A stretch of DNA of 64,000 nt from Marsupella aquatica (Eukaryota > Plantae > Marchantiophyta). Location: positions 15,368,861 through 15,432,860 of the forward strand of contig OZ316892.1 in NCBI GenBank assembly GCA_973895155.1, read 5' to 3'. The translations under genes were made by a program, and so were the position numbers. The notes below the pieces were generated by a model. The model worked only from the letters and a program-made list of their open reading frames with translations. It was not told the origin of the DNA and did no database searches. Below, piece by piece: positions 10,755-23,234 of this stretch (position 1 is the first letter of the stretch; each line of letters begins with the position of its first letter).

Positions 10755-10972
10755 GAAGACATTATGGTCAATGTCTTCAATATCAATGAAGGAAGTTAAG
10801 AAGACAACATGGTCGTTGTCTTCAAGTGCAAGGATGGAAGATAAACGGGAAGACACCATGGTCGCTGTCTTCAAGTGCAAGGATGGAAGATAAACGGGAA
10901 GACAACATGGTCGTTGTCTTCAAGTGCAAGGATGGAAGATAAACATGAAGACAACATGAATATGTTGTATTC
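10755..10972. repeat. 49-bp tandem array of the palindrome GAAGACA-NN-ATGGTC-NN-TGTCTTC
   Basis: Motif starts at 10755, 10800, 10849, 10898 and 10947 (last degenerate). Confidence 0.93.
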
Positions 10973-12585
10973 ATCAGAGAATAATGGTGGAAAAAAGTGA
11001 CAAGAGTCTATTTTGATGCACAACCAAAGTTCAGTAATAAAGTAACTAGTAAGGTTCAATAATATCAACATGATATTGTAGCCCAAATCCCTGACACTCT
11101 ATTGCAGCCTCATTTGGCCAATTCCATGCACCTATCAATGAAAGCTTGTGGCAATTGTTGTTCACTATTTGGGAGAAGGGGCTGAGGTACAATGCTCTGG
11201 ATTGGTCACGTGCCTGCTGTTGGTGCTGTCGATTCAATACTATATTCAGTCTGTAGTAGTTGGTCTTCCCAAGGAAAGGGTGACACAGGTGGGTGCTCCA
11301 AATTGACTGCATCACCATTATCCACCTGCATATGAAGGCAACTTTAAAATTTGTCCCTAGCATGAGACCACACATGCATGAAGCCCACAAGTAATGATAT
11401 TTACTTGTAAGAAGACTGTTAATGTTGGAATCCTTACTCTTGCCGGATTTGTTGGCGTCACACTATGGACTTTATCACAAGATCTTTGGTTATGTCCAAC
11501 CTGCCCACACTTACTGCACCTGCACTTCCCAGTGTTAGGCCCCGCTTTCTTTGCCCTCAATTGAACTTGAACAATTGGAAGTCCAACAACAGTGTTTGCT
11601 GTTGAAAAGGGTTCCACCCTATTTGGATCATCATCTAGTGGATATCTCAAGAATAGTTGTCCAAGGGAGTCAATCACTGATTCTCCGCCTTCTCCAAGAG
11701 CCCTAGGTGGATGCCTCCCTCCACGACCCTGTTCAATGCGGACCATTCTATGTCTGCCCCTTTTCACAACAGCCACAGGAGCAACACAATTTGGACTTGG
11801 CATTAAGTCTGATACAATAAAGCTAGGTAAAACATTGTCATACAAAGCCCTAATTGAAGCAATCCGCCAACATTTGTGAAAATGAGCAGAAAAAATTCTG
11901 CCTTCCTGGTCATCCCAAGCCATTATATGCTCACATGGCCACACCATCTCTTGCAGCTCCCAACAAGTGCAACTTTTCTTTGGTGATAGTGACACTAGAT
12001 ACTCCTCACTTTGGGATGTAGTTTGAACCTTGGCTGTGGACGCACCATCATCAAACACCTGAGCATATGAAAACTTGGATATAATTACAAAACTATTCAA
12101 ATAAAGAATACATTCATACTAGTGTATTTTAATTCAACACCGAGCTATTAAGAAGACATTGATGTTACAGTATATACAGAACACGTAGCTAGTAATGAGT
12201 GGTGGACCTCGCCACCCAGCGCCCTCACCAATCCCGGCACTTGCTCCTAAGTGCCCTTGGTGCCCGAACGCCTCCACAAAAAACCTCGAGCAAGCATCCA
12301 AGTGCCTCTAGCATCACCTGCGGCCACTCCCATACGAAGCCGTACTTCCTCACCTGCACGACCGCTACTCAACGGTCCTCACTCTCTGCACAAACAACCA
12401 AGCACCTCGGTAAGTAACCCCTCCAGATCTAGAACTCGCCCAGTCTAGCATCCTAACTCAAGCTCAATAGACGTTGGTAAATAGGTCAGCGATAGGTCCT
12501 CCCGATGCCATAAGCCGGAACCAAAACCCACGCCCATTGTCCGTCCAGGACAACTCCTTCCTTGGGCGTGGCCCGGGTTCCCCCT

Positions 12586-15500
12586 TGTCGCACCCCTAAC
12601 CTGGGCCTTAGATCCAGGTTAGTGTCGTGGTGCGACCTCGACCACCAGTAGGGGTGAGGGTTCGGGCAAGGAGGTGTGTAGTGACCTTCAATAGCCCTAA
12701 GTCGGGCTAAGCCGATATACTCACTGGTATAACACTCGCATAATTCATACTTGACATAGGTATATTTATTTTCCACCGCTGGAATATTCCCTCAGTTAGT
12801 GACGCAGACTAACTCCCGACTTGGGGCTTTTCAAGCCATCGACGTGACAGGACCTTGTGACATGCAATGAGTGGCAATCCCTACCATTAGTCCGCACCCA
12901 GTACGTCCCTTAAAATGACGCTTTTGCCCAGACATACACACAACACCAGTTACTTGTGGAAACATTAAGGGGAAAAGACTACATTTACTCAGCGAAGCAT
13001 CAGTTTACATGGTTGACTTGACTTCAAAGGGGGTCAGCAGGCCCAACGGCAGTCGATGCCCAGTCTCTACGAGGCCCTGCCTCGCACTTGCCCAGCAAGC
13101 TCGACTTTGGCTCTCACTCCTTGGTGCGCTCTGACCCTACTCAGGCCGGGACTCCCCGTGCCTCGCCTTTCTTCTGCTGAGATAACTAAGCCTTCTCCCC
13201 CCTCCCATCGCGGAAGGGGAAGCCTAAATACCCATAGTGGAAGAGAACCGGAGGATACTACCTTCCGGGGTACTACCTACTGACTAACTATCTGCTGACT
13301 ACTGGTCGCGCTGCACTGACCGGTTAACCGTCGACTACGAGTGTGCCAACCGGAATGGCAGCGGCCAAGCCTACTGACAAACTCTAGTCCGTTGATGGAC
13401 TCCATCCTACGTTGGCTGATCCTAACTGACCGGCCCTAATTCTTCCTACTGCCGCTAATCGGCGCCTAATGACAGTCATTCTGTCGTTACGCCTAACCAA
13501 AAGATGCCGCTGACTTAACCGCCTCGCGCGGCGCCTGCTTCTACCCTTCGCTAACCACCCCTTACGTCTGTGCAGTGGTTGGACCAGGGCTGGTCCCCTT
13601 GTCGGGGCGAGACCTCGAGCCGCCTTGATCAGAGGTGGGCCCAGGTTTTCCCCGCTGGAGGACGAGCAGGGTGACACGGTCCTGCAAAGCCTTGTTGTCC
13701 CGTACTGCTTCCTCCGCCTCGTTTGCAACTTCATTGGCTTCAGTCTGGAGCCGCGCCACCTCCAAGTTGAGCTGGTCGATGGCGTCGTGATGGACCTGGT
13801 CCTGCGCTAGCAATTTATCTCGTTCGGCGGAGAGACCAGCCACCTGCTGTGCTGCCTGCAGGAATTGTTTGTTGAGGTCGGTCAGGCTGGTAACCCGAGC
13901 CGAAGATTCTGAGCATAATTGAAGCATGGTGTCGTCCAGCTTCTTGAGTTCGGCCTGTGCTCCGCTTAACTCCTGGGTTAGTCCGTCCCTCTGTTCGACA
14001 GTGCGGACTAAATCCTCGCGGCGGGTCGTTGCCTCCTCCTTGAGGTGCTCTACCAGCATCTGGAGACGCTCGATCTCATTCCCCTTCGCCATGAGTTCTT
14101 CTTCCAAGCGGCTGACGATCCGTGGTTGGTGCTCTAACATGAAGAAGGCTGGCTGAAAGTACGCCGAGACTTGTTGTCCGATGTATGTCGCCAGCTCCCC
14201 AGACATAGTCTGGCTAAACTTCTGGACCAGGTTGTAGGCCATGGTCCCCGGGGCCACTTGGTAGTCCTCCATCCTCTCGGGTACCGGTGGTTCCTCGGCA
14301 GGGGCAATGAGCTCCTCCGTAGTCCGCGCTAGGGAGGGGAAGGTTTCTTCAGGTGGTGGAGGGATTGGGGGTGGTTGTACTGCAGGTAGCGGAGGCTCAA
14401 CGGAAGGAGGCGGTGGAATTTCCACAGGGGGCGATTGCGGAGTATTAGTCGGGGCTTCCGGCTCGGGGTTTGCCCGAGGGACGGTAGTCCGCGTAGTCGG
14501 GGTTGCCTCCTCTGGGGCGGGGGCGACATTACCCGGGGCTGAGGTGGCCATATTCTTTCCTCTGGCCTCCCGCCGTGCCTTGTACCAGGCGAGGATAATG
14601 GCGATATGACTTCCCAAGTAAGTCTTCCCTTCAATAGCCATACCACCCTGAGCCCGCTTCAGCTCCCCCGAGAATCTTCGGTAGAAGAATTGGGCCCAGT
14701 TTCGTTGTTTGTACTGTTCCACCTGCACGATCGTGCAGAGGGAAATCTCGGATCGTGGCTCAATCATGTGTAGGGTAGTTCGTATGAAGTTAAGCCGCTC
14801 CATACAGGTTAAGTTGGTGCACGCCCCCTGCTTGTATCCGTTGTCCGTCTTACCCTCGGGTTTGAAGTGCCGCGGCGTATACTCCTTATCCCGAATTCGG
14901 ATTTCCACCGGCACCGGCCCGGTTGGTAGGCAGAAAATTTGCGTTAACCGATGCTCTGTGAGTGATAAGGCCTGCCCCGAAACCTTGGTGGTCGACGCAT
15001 CAGTGTCGAAATTGGAGATGAACTCACAAATCTCCTTCGGCCCGGCGGCGCACGGCCTCCATAGTAAGTGGGCGAACCGCTCCAACTGATGCTCCTTGAG
15101 ATAGTCCGCATGTTCGAGTTTCTTGATCGTGATCCAGACTACCTCGGGGACGCAGATTACCTGTAATAAGTTGGACTTCGGGTTATCCGGGGGCCGTCGG
15201 GTCTGGTTGGTCGGGGGGTTTGCCGGGGCAGGTGCAGGCGCGACGTCGGTCTGTGTTGATTCCGGGGCCGTCATAGTCCTTGACCGCTTACGAGGACGCT
15301 GTTTGAGTTGCAGACTAGCTCGCTCGAAACCCGAAGAACACTCCGTGTTGATTACTGGACGGACTTGGGATTGGTTCGGCGGTACTCCGGTGGTCATCGG
15401 TTGAGGCACTGGGGTAGCCATATCCCAGTTGAAGGCGTTGGAGCTTTCCCCGAGGAATGTGAGATTACGCGCCACTTCCCGTTGTCTGCTGATGTCTTCT

Positions 15501-16416
15501 TGGCGCTTTTCGGCTGCGATCTGCTGGTCTAGGTACCCCGGAATCTTGTCGAACTCCGCTTGAGTAAGCCGCTGGTTGCCCTTCAGCTTAAAGAACTTAG
15601 CTGGAACCTCAAGAATCGCCTCTGCTACCGATCTAAGCCCTTCCTCGCTGAGATATAGTTCGGTGATGTAGTCTCGCAACTCGTTGTAGCTAGAATCCCT
15701 GGTGATGGTTGTCCTTTCGCAATTAACCAGTGCTACCTTGGTTACCAGCTTCGCTTACCTTCGTTCGTAAGCGGCTTTCTCAGGGCAAGAGTACCAGTAA
15801 GTCTCAGAGAACTTAGCACCTACCTCGCCAAACAAGGTCCAAAATCCCAAGGCTATGAGGGTCATACTAACCTCGTAGTCCGATTCGTTGCGTCCGCGTT
15901 CCCACCTGGCTGGTCCTTTTTCGCGGAGGCCTCGCTCGTCCTGACTAAATCTCACCACATTCCGCTCTTCTCCCTCGATAATTTCCTCGTAAAGGTCGAC
16001 TGGATTCAATCAAAAAGGCGAGCGGATGGCAGCGTCCGCGAATTCCAAAAAGGTAAACATGAGCGAATGGCCCGCAGTGCCATCGGCTCCTCTTGTATGG
16101 GGGTGCCAGAACGAGCCCGAGCGTGAGAAGGTCAGGCCGTTTGGTCATTGATAACGAGCTGAAGTTGGTGCCTCGGTCCAAGCGTGATTCTTCTAACTGA
16201 TTTTTACTCCGCTGCCGCCACCGTACCTCGGTCGTGCGTAATAATCCCTTTCCTGAACTCGTAATTATTCGGTTATCTTAACCTACTCCTAATCTAATCA
16301 TAATGGCAACTTGACGGCTATACGTGCTATTCTACGCTATGGCTACGGTCCTAATGACCGTATAAGTCCTAATCTACGACCTGGGTTCGGTCAAGTGACA
16401 CGTTACCCGTGTCACA
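12586..16416. mobile_element. 3831-bp TG...CA insertion (solo-LTR-like) carrying a long ORF
   Basis: Starts TGTCGCAC, ends GTGTCACA; TSD CCCCT (12581-12585, 16417-16421); empty site in the sister LTR at 23618-23622; no terminal direct repeats or PBS seen. Confidence 0.85.
13562..16009 (-). CDS. Retrotransposon accessory-type protein (plant transposon protein-like domain, Pro-rich linker, coiled coil); 705-aa open frame extended upstream through one stop at 15755-15757
   Basis: EICEFISNF..KVSGQALSLTEHRLTQIFCLP resembles extra-ORF domains of plant LTR elements; heptad-rich C-terminus; ORF 15755-16009 is in the same frame, and the homologue near 34790 has Tyr at the stop position. Confidence 0.7.
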
Positions 16417-17999
16417 CCCCTCATACCTATCCATCACCAACTGACCGCCCTGACCTCAGGACATGCTCATGGCCCAATTAGCGTAGCTTGTCCTAAAGCT
16501 TGTCCCAAGCTTGTCCCAACACGCCGGGACTAGAACGGCCCCGACCCTAGCAACCGCTCCCGGTTTGCCCCACTGATAGTCTAGGGACCTAGCACCCTTG
16601 GGACTCATCCTCCACACCTACTTGGCCTTGCCTCCCCAATGCAAGCTCCCTTGGGAGGCTGAACGCGGCTTGGTTGCTCTTCGGCAAGATTTGGCAAGCG
16701 GGCGAGCTAACACCCGCAAACCACGAGAACCCACAGCACCCCTGGACCCATCTGAGCTTAGGAGGGCTTAGCCCTCCTCAAGAGCTTTCCAACGAACCCA
16801 GGAAGTCCTCTAACGGAGTTCCCGTTGGGAAGATATCGCCATTTCCATTTGGCGATTTCCCTTAGTGTCGCGACCGTCGCGGCTCACGACTTTGGCTCGC
16901 CCTTAGTCCCCAGGGAGACACCACTCCCCTCATATATGCTTCTGGGAACCTGCCACCCCCGGACCAGCTTTGGTTCCTAAACATTTGGCCCCCAACCCGG
17001 ATCCCATCGCGCATAATGGGCGTGCCACCAACTGGCAACGCCCATAACTTTCTTGATAGGCATCCGCAAGCGGAGTGCCTTAGCCCATTGCGACCGGGAC
17101 GACCCAGTGCTCATGCCTAGGCCCTCAGGTCTGATCGCCGCTCGGGGCCCCCGACCGGCCCAACCCGGATCGGGCCACAACTTGCGCCCCAAGCGTCCGT
17201 TGCCAATGCCGTCAACTCCATTGGCCTTGGGCCCAAGAGGAGCTCACTCCCAAGCCCTCATAACTCAAAGTCCATCCGACGGTCCGGACGGCCATCCTTG
17301 AGCCCGGCCCATTTCCCCTTGACCCGACCAGCCATAGGCTAGTCCAAGTCCTTAGTTTGTGTCCCCAGCTTGGCCCCTTGTCTCGCCAGTGCCATGTCTC
17401 ATTGCCCACAAGTCTCCCCATGCTAAGTCCTCCCCGGATGGCCTATCCGGGCCTGGACCATAAGGGAGCTCGGCGTCGGAGTCAGCGACGTCGGAGCTAA
17501 GTGTTAAGGTAGTCGAGTTCCACGACTTGCACCCCCCCTTAAAAAATGGTCATGTCCGCATGACCTCAGTAAACGTTCCAACATGCCTAGACCACTTTGG
17601 GCCTTAAAAATGTTATGAGGTAACAAATGGTTTGCCCATAAGGCTGATGCAAACCAGGCTGGTATGAGCATTCCAAACGTAGGAAATTCCAACCTATCCC
17701 ACTTATCCAAGTAGGATGCCAGTCCAAACGGGTAAGCTAACTCCAAACTCATTGGACCGATTGTCCTCCCTTTGGGGCGCTCCCCTTTGGTTCGTACTAG
17801 CCCGCCCAGAGATGTAGGGCAGGCACCATCACCTTCCACTCGCAAAAAGCAAATTGGCCGCCGAACAACCTCTAGCACCAACGCAATCCACCTTTATCCT
17901 TAAGAGGCCAAGAGGAGTGAAACTAGGATACAACTCACAAAGGTAGCTACAGCTACCTGTACCAGTTCACAACGGCGGTAGGCCGCTTTGCTTACGATA

Positions 18000-20900
18000 G
18001 TTTCCAAGGATCTTTGAGGCATTAGCCAAATTTTCTTCCGGCTCCCAAGTACTCTCGGCCTGGTCGTAGCCAGCCCACTTCACCAAATACTCTAAGATTT
18101 GCCTTCCCAACTTGCGTTTGTAACGGTGGTCTAGAATTGCCCCTCCACCTCGAACTCCTCCGCGTCCTCCACCAGCATGGCGTCCGGATGCAAGACCTGA
18201 TCCCGGTTGGGATCATCGTCTTTGACAAACTTCTTGAGCCGGCTAACATGGTAGCTTTTGCCCACGCCCATTTCCTTGGGTGTCTCCAACACCACTGAAA
18301 CCGGATTATCCTTGTGGGCCCATTGTATAATGCGATAGGGCCCCACACATCTGGGAGCCAGCTTCCTACTTATGTTCTCGTGGTATTGCTTAGGTCTCAA
18401 CTGCAACCAGACGCTCTCCCCAATTTCAAAGCTTACCTGGCGTCGATGTTTATCCCCTTGCTCCTTGTACCGACTTTGGGCAAGGGTCATACCCTTGGTA
18501 GCCGCTTCCACAACTAGGCGCCGCTCTCAAATAAAATCATCCACAGAAGGAACCTTGCTTTCCGTCCGCCAAGCTTTCAGATTTATAAACCAGGAGGGCG
18601 CCCTTGGCGTCCTCCCTATGGCCAACACAAACGGTGCAAACCCCATCGCCGAATGCTTGGTCGAGTTATACCTAAACTCAGCCATTGTTAAATGCTTTGC
18701 CCAATCCTTCTGATTGGCTATCACAAAGTCACGCAAGTAGTCCTTCACGATACCATTAACCCGTTCTGTTTGGCCATCTGTCTCATGATGATATGCTGAT
18801 CCTCTGGTCAGGTCCGTTCTGGATAACCGGAACAACGCCTTCCAGAAATGGCCCGTAAACTTGGTATCGCAATTGGACAGGATATGCAACGGCAATCCCC
18901 ACTGTCAAAAGACATTGTCAAATACTAGACCGACAACCTCTCGGGCCGAAACCATCTTTGTAGTAGGCAAGAAATACACCATCTTGGAAAAACGATCCAC
19001 GATTGTTAAGATGAAGTTACTGCCGTGGGACTCAGGTAATCCAAAAATGAAGTCCATGGAGATAGACTCCCATGGAGCCGCAGCTACTGGTAAGGGTTGC
19101 AGCAGTCCTCCTTTTGCTCTATAGACCGTTTGGTTCTTTTGGCACGAGTAACAACTTTGCACGTATTGAAGGATCAATTGCTTCATGTCCGGCCAATACA
19201 CATCTCGCGACATGCTACGATACGTGGCGGCTTGTCCTCCGTGCCCTCCCCAGGGCAAGTCGTGGTACTTTTGCAGAACCTCTAACCTTAGAGACTCTAG
19301 TATGTACATACGCCTTTGCTTGTATCGCCATAACTGGACATTATGCGTCGTATCCAACCCCAACGATATGTGCCTTACCTTGCCCTGGCTACCCCCATTG
19401 CTTTGCCAATCCTTAGCTAACCTGTCGTCCCCATATGCCACGGCCAAAACCTTTGGCCACTCGGATTCGAGCATCGTGATCCCATTGACACAATGTTGGT
19501 CCTTACGTGATAACGCGTCCGCTGCGGTATTTGTCTTCCCTGGAACGTGGCGGACTTCAAAATCAAAATCTGCCAAGAACATCTGCCAGCGCATTTCCTT
19601 GGGGTTCAGCCTTGGCTTAGAACTGAAGTACCCGGCCGGCGAGCTATCTGTGTGCATTACCACTTTGGACCGTTCTTAAGGTAAATCTCCCACTTCTTCA
19701 ACGCGTAGATCACAGCATACATTTCCCTTTCTGGCGTGATCCAGTGATTTTCCAACTTACATGACTTGAAGGCCATAGGACGCCCATCTTGGTGAAGACA
19801 GGCACCGATGGCATAATCACTTGCGTCTGTCCAAATCTCGAACGGCTTCCCCATCTCAGGTAACTTTAGAACCGGTGGTGTTATTATTAACCGCTTAAGT
19901 TCTAGGAATGCTAACTCGCAATCGTGTGTCCACACAAACACTTTGTTTTTCAACGTTAGCGCATTGAGGGGCCTTGCGATCCTCGCATAGTCTTTCATGT
20001 ATCTCCAATAGAACCCCATAAATCCTAAGAAGGCTCTAACTTGCCTTACATTGGACGGGCGCTCCCATTCTTTGATCTCCTTAAGCTTGTCCTAACTAGG
20101 CATAATCCCTTCCGGGGTAAAGGTATGGCCGAGGAACTGAATCTCGTTCATTGCAAACTCACACTTGCTAGGTTTAGCAAAGAGACAAGCCTTACGAAGG
20201 CGAGAGAACACTTCTCTCAGCAACTGCTCATGCTCCTCCAATGTTTTCGAGTAGATTAGGATGTCGTCAATAAAGACGACCACTCCTTGGTCCAACAAGT
20301 CATGAAAGATGGTATTCATCATCTTCATGAACGTTGCGGTTGCATTACACAACCCAAACGGCATAACCAAAAACTCATAGGATCCGAACCTTGTGCGCAT
20401 TGCGATCTTATACTCGTCTCCCTTAGCCATGCGGATCTGGTAATACCCAGACCGCAAGTCCACCTTTGAAAACTTCTTAGCCCCGGAGAGGCAATCAAAG
20501 AGGTCATCCATATGAGGTAACGAGTACTTGTTCTTTACCGTCTACTTATTGAGGGCCTGGTAATCTATGCAAATCTCAAAGTACCATCCTTTTTTGACAC
20601 AAACAGCGCGGGCGCCCCGTAAGGACTCTTACTAGGGCGAATGAACCCTTGGTCGATCAACTCTTCCAAGGCGTTCTTCAACATCATTTGCTCATTCAGG
20701 TTCAGACGATAAGGAACTTTAGCCTGAGGAGCCGATCCCGGCTCCAACTCAACTTGGTGATCCACTTCTCTCCGTGGGGGTAAACCTTTAGGTAGCTTCT
20801 GCGAGAGCACGTCATTGAATTCCTCTAAAATTTTGGGAATTCGACCGCAGTCGGGCCCGACCTTAGCTGACTTGACCTTTGACTGCGACGCAGCCTCCTT

Positions 20901-23020
20901 AGTTGGATGGAGATGAAAGAAGAAACATTCATGTCCACCCTTGAAGTCTTTCCACCATTGCTTCGCCGATACACACGGAGACATCCATGACACTTTACTT
21001 ACTTTAAGAAATCTTTCTTTATTTTCGGTAATTTCGTGTACAATGATGGGCTCACCGCCCTTATTGGGAAAATGGAGCACCTCACCCCCGGTTTCAAGGT
21101 AACATTGTGCTTTCTGAGATAACCTACCAACAAAATGAAGTCTACGGCTAGACCGTCTAGAACATAGAACATCTCTTGACTAACAAAATTTTGTTGTTCG
21201 CCTATGACCTCTACCCGAAGTCTATGCACTACTCTTGACACTATCCCCTTTGTGTCGTTGGCGAACTTGCACACTAACGGTTGTAACAACTCTTGCACGT
21301 CCACCCCAAGACGACCTGCCGCCTGCCCACTTATGAAGTAGGTGGTCGCGCCTGTATCCATCAAAGCAACACCCAGATTACCGTTAGAAGTGACATTCAC
21401 AAAAATCAGTTTTTCAGGATCCATTGTCTTAACTTTAGGTATCTTCTCTCGCAACAACACCCTCTCTCTGTCAGGGACATCCCCTACAGGGACCTTGTCA
21501 GCTACTAAGGGTTTGGTTAGAGCGATACTTACCTTAATGCTCTTCTGCCCTCCACTATCTCCATTTGGTTTGCCACCTTTCGTGGAACAATCCTTACTTT
21601 GATGGCCCATGGCACCACATGTGAAGAACAAACCTTCAGCCCACCTCTGCTCCATGGTTGTCTACTTCTTTGCTTTCTGTGCCGATGAGGCTCCTTTCTT
21701 AAAGTTGACGGCCTTCCGGTTTCGCTTAGCTTCTCCATTTTGGGGCTGGGGATCCAAACCACCGGCCCCCGCCCCCGCCCCCTCAGGTTGCTTACGCTTA
21801 TTCCTGGGACCTTTTGCTTTCCCAGCTTCCCCCTCGGATCCCTTGCCACCCATCTTTGCCAAGTCCGATCGATTATTCACCAACGTAGTGGCCTTGTTGA
21901 AGGCGTCAGAAAGCGTTTTGAACTCATGAGGCTTTTCTTGCAACTTTTCCCTGAGCAACGGCGGGAGCTTCACTATAAAGTTGTGAAGTTGTGTATGCAG
22001 GGTCTCTTGTCCCGCCGGGATACACGCCAACTGATTTTGGTAATAAGTGATGAACTTTTGGATATCACCCCTGAAGCTCATCTCCGTTACACATTTCTGA
22101 GTGTGCCGCTCCGGGTACTTAGTGGTGACATGAGCACGGACCATCAACCAGGTTTTCCCAAGTTAACGGCAAGGAGGAGTCCTCTTGCAACTTCTTCCAT
22201 GACTTGTACCAAGTCAAGGCATAGTCCTTCAGGTAAGGAGCGGCTGCGGTAGCCCAAGTGGAACGCTCAACGCACGCTTGGTGATGAATCTCCATCGTGG
22301 AGAGCCAACTCAGGAACTTTTGTCCACTTTGTTCGTAGGCCCCGTCATAAGTTGGATGAGTTGGTAGCTGGTTCACCTAGAACATACTCCGTCCAACTAC
22401 CATTCCCCCCTCAGGACGTGACGCACTCTGACTACCTAGACTAAGTAAGTACTTAATCTGGGCCCCCTTGTTGTGTTCCAACTGCTCATAGATGAGTCGT
22501 TGGTCTTGAGTCAACGGACCCAGACCGTCGTCAATGGCCGGGCCCTTGCGGGTTGTATGAGGATGGTCCTCCAACCGTCTTTCCTTTGCGGGCCGCCTGT
22601 CCTTAGGTTCTCTTGTGGATTTTGGTGACACCCCCCGCGTCTAGCAAGCACCATGAACGGGACTGAGGTATTACCCGCATCATCCTGGTTCTGCTTGGTC
22701 AAATTATCCATGATGATGTCCGGCTCGGCATCATCCTCTGGTTCCGCATTCAACCCTCTCAAGGTTGGGATCAGTTCCTCTTTCGGGTCCTGACCCTCTT
22801 ACTCGGTCTCAGCTTCAGCGTTGTCGTCGCTTGCGGTTGCGTCGGAGTCGTCATCATCCGACCCATCCTCTGAAGGATCAGCCGCCTCCTTCCCTTTAAG
22901 TTGACAGTGCTTTGCACTTGACTTGTTTGCCGCAGCGGTCGACGGTTCGGCCGTTGCGTCTTCTTCATCTTGCTCATAATGTTCATCTAGGGAAGTCGAC
23001 CCGTCCTCCTTCTATTCATC
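18000..23020 (-). pseudogene. Chromovirus gag-pol with multiple frameshifts and stops
   Basis: Knuckle CGAMGHQSKDC; PR ALMDTGAT; [27 protein letters not shown]; RH WTDASDYAIG; IN H..GH..CYSC, SMDFIFGLP, TDGQTERVN, GPY; chromodomain EEFEVE..ILDHR..YLVKW near 18050-18160. Confidence 0.93.
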
Positions 23021-23234
23021 ATGAACTTGGGCTCTCCCCTTGGTGGTGGGAGCCTGCTTGCCAGTCTTTGCACGAGTGTTTTTTGCCATGTTCCCAGCAA
23101 CAGAATCTGTCCGTAGTCGACCCGTCGGGCACGTTGAAGCACTAAGTCCCCGCAAAACTCCGTTAAGATTTTTGGATTCTGACTTAGCACGACCCCGGCC
23201 CGGTGTCTATGCCGGCAATCGCTCTGATACCACA

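Larger units (their letters stand above)
12198..17527 (-). repeat. Chromovirus 3' LTR (~1.5 kb) split by a 3.8-kb insertion
   Basis: 12198-12585 matches 23235-23622; 16422-17527 matches 23623-24672 with small indels. Confidence 0.92.

Noticed and set aside
10755-10972. CRISPR-like array (palindromic repeats with spacers)
   Set aside because: The intervening 25-bp segments are essentially identical, the context is eukaryotic and there are no cas genes; it is a tandem repeat.
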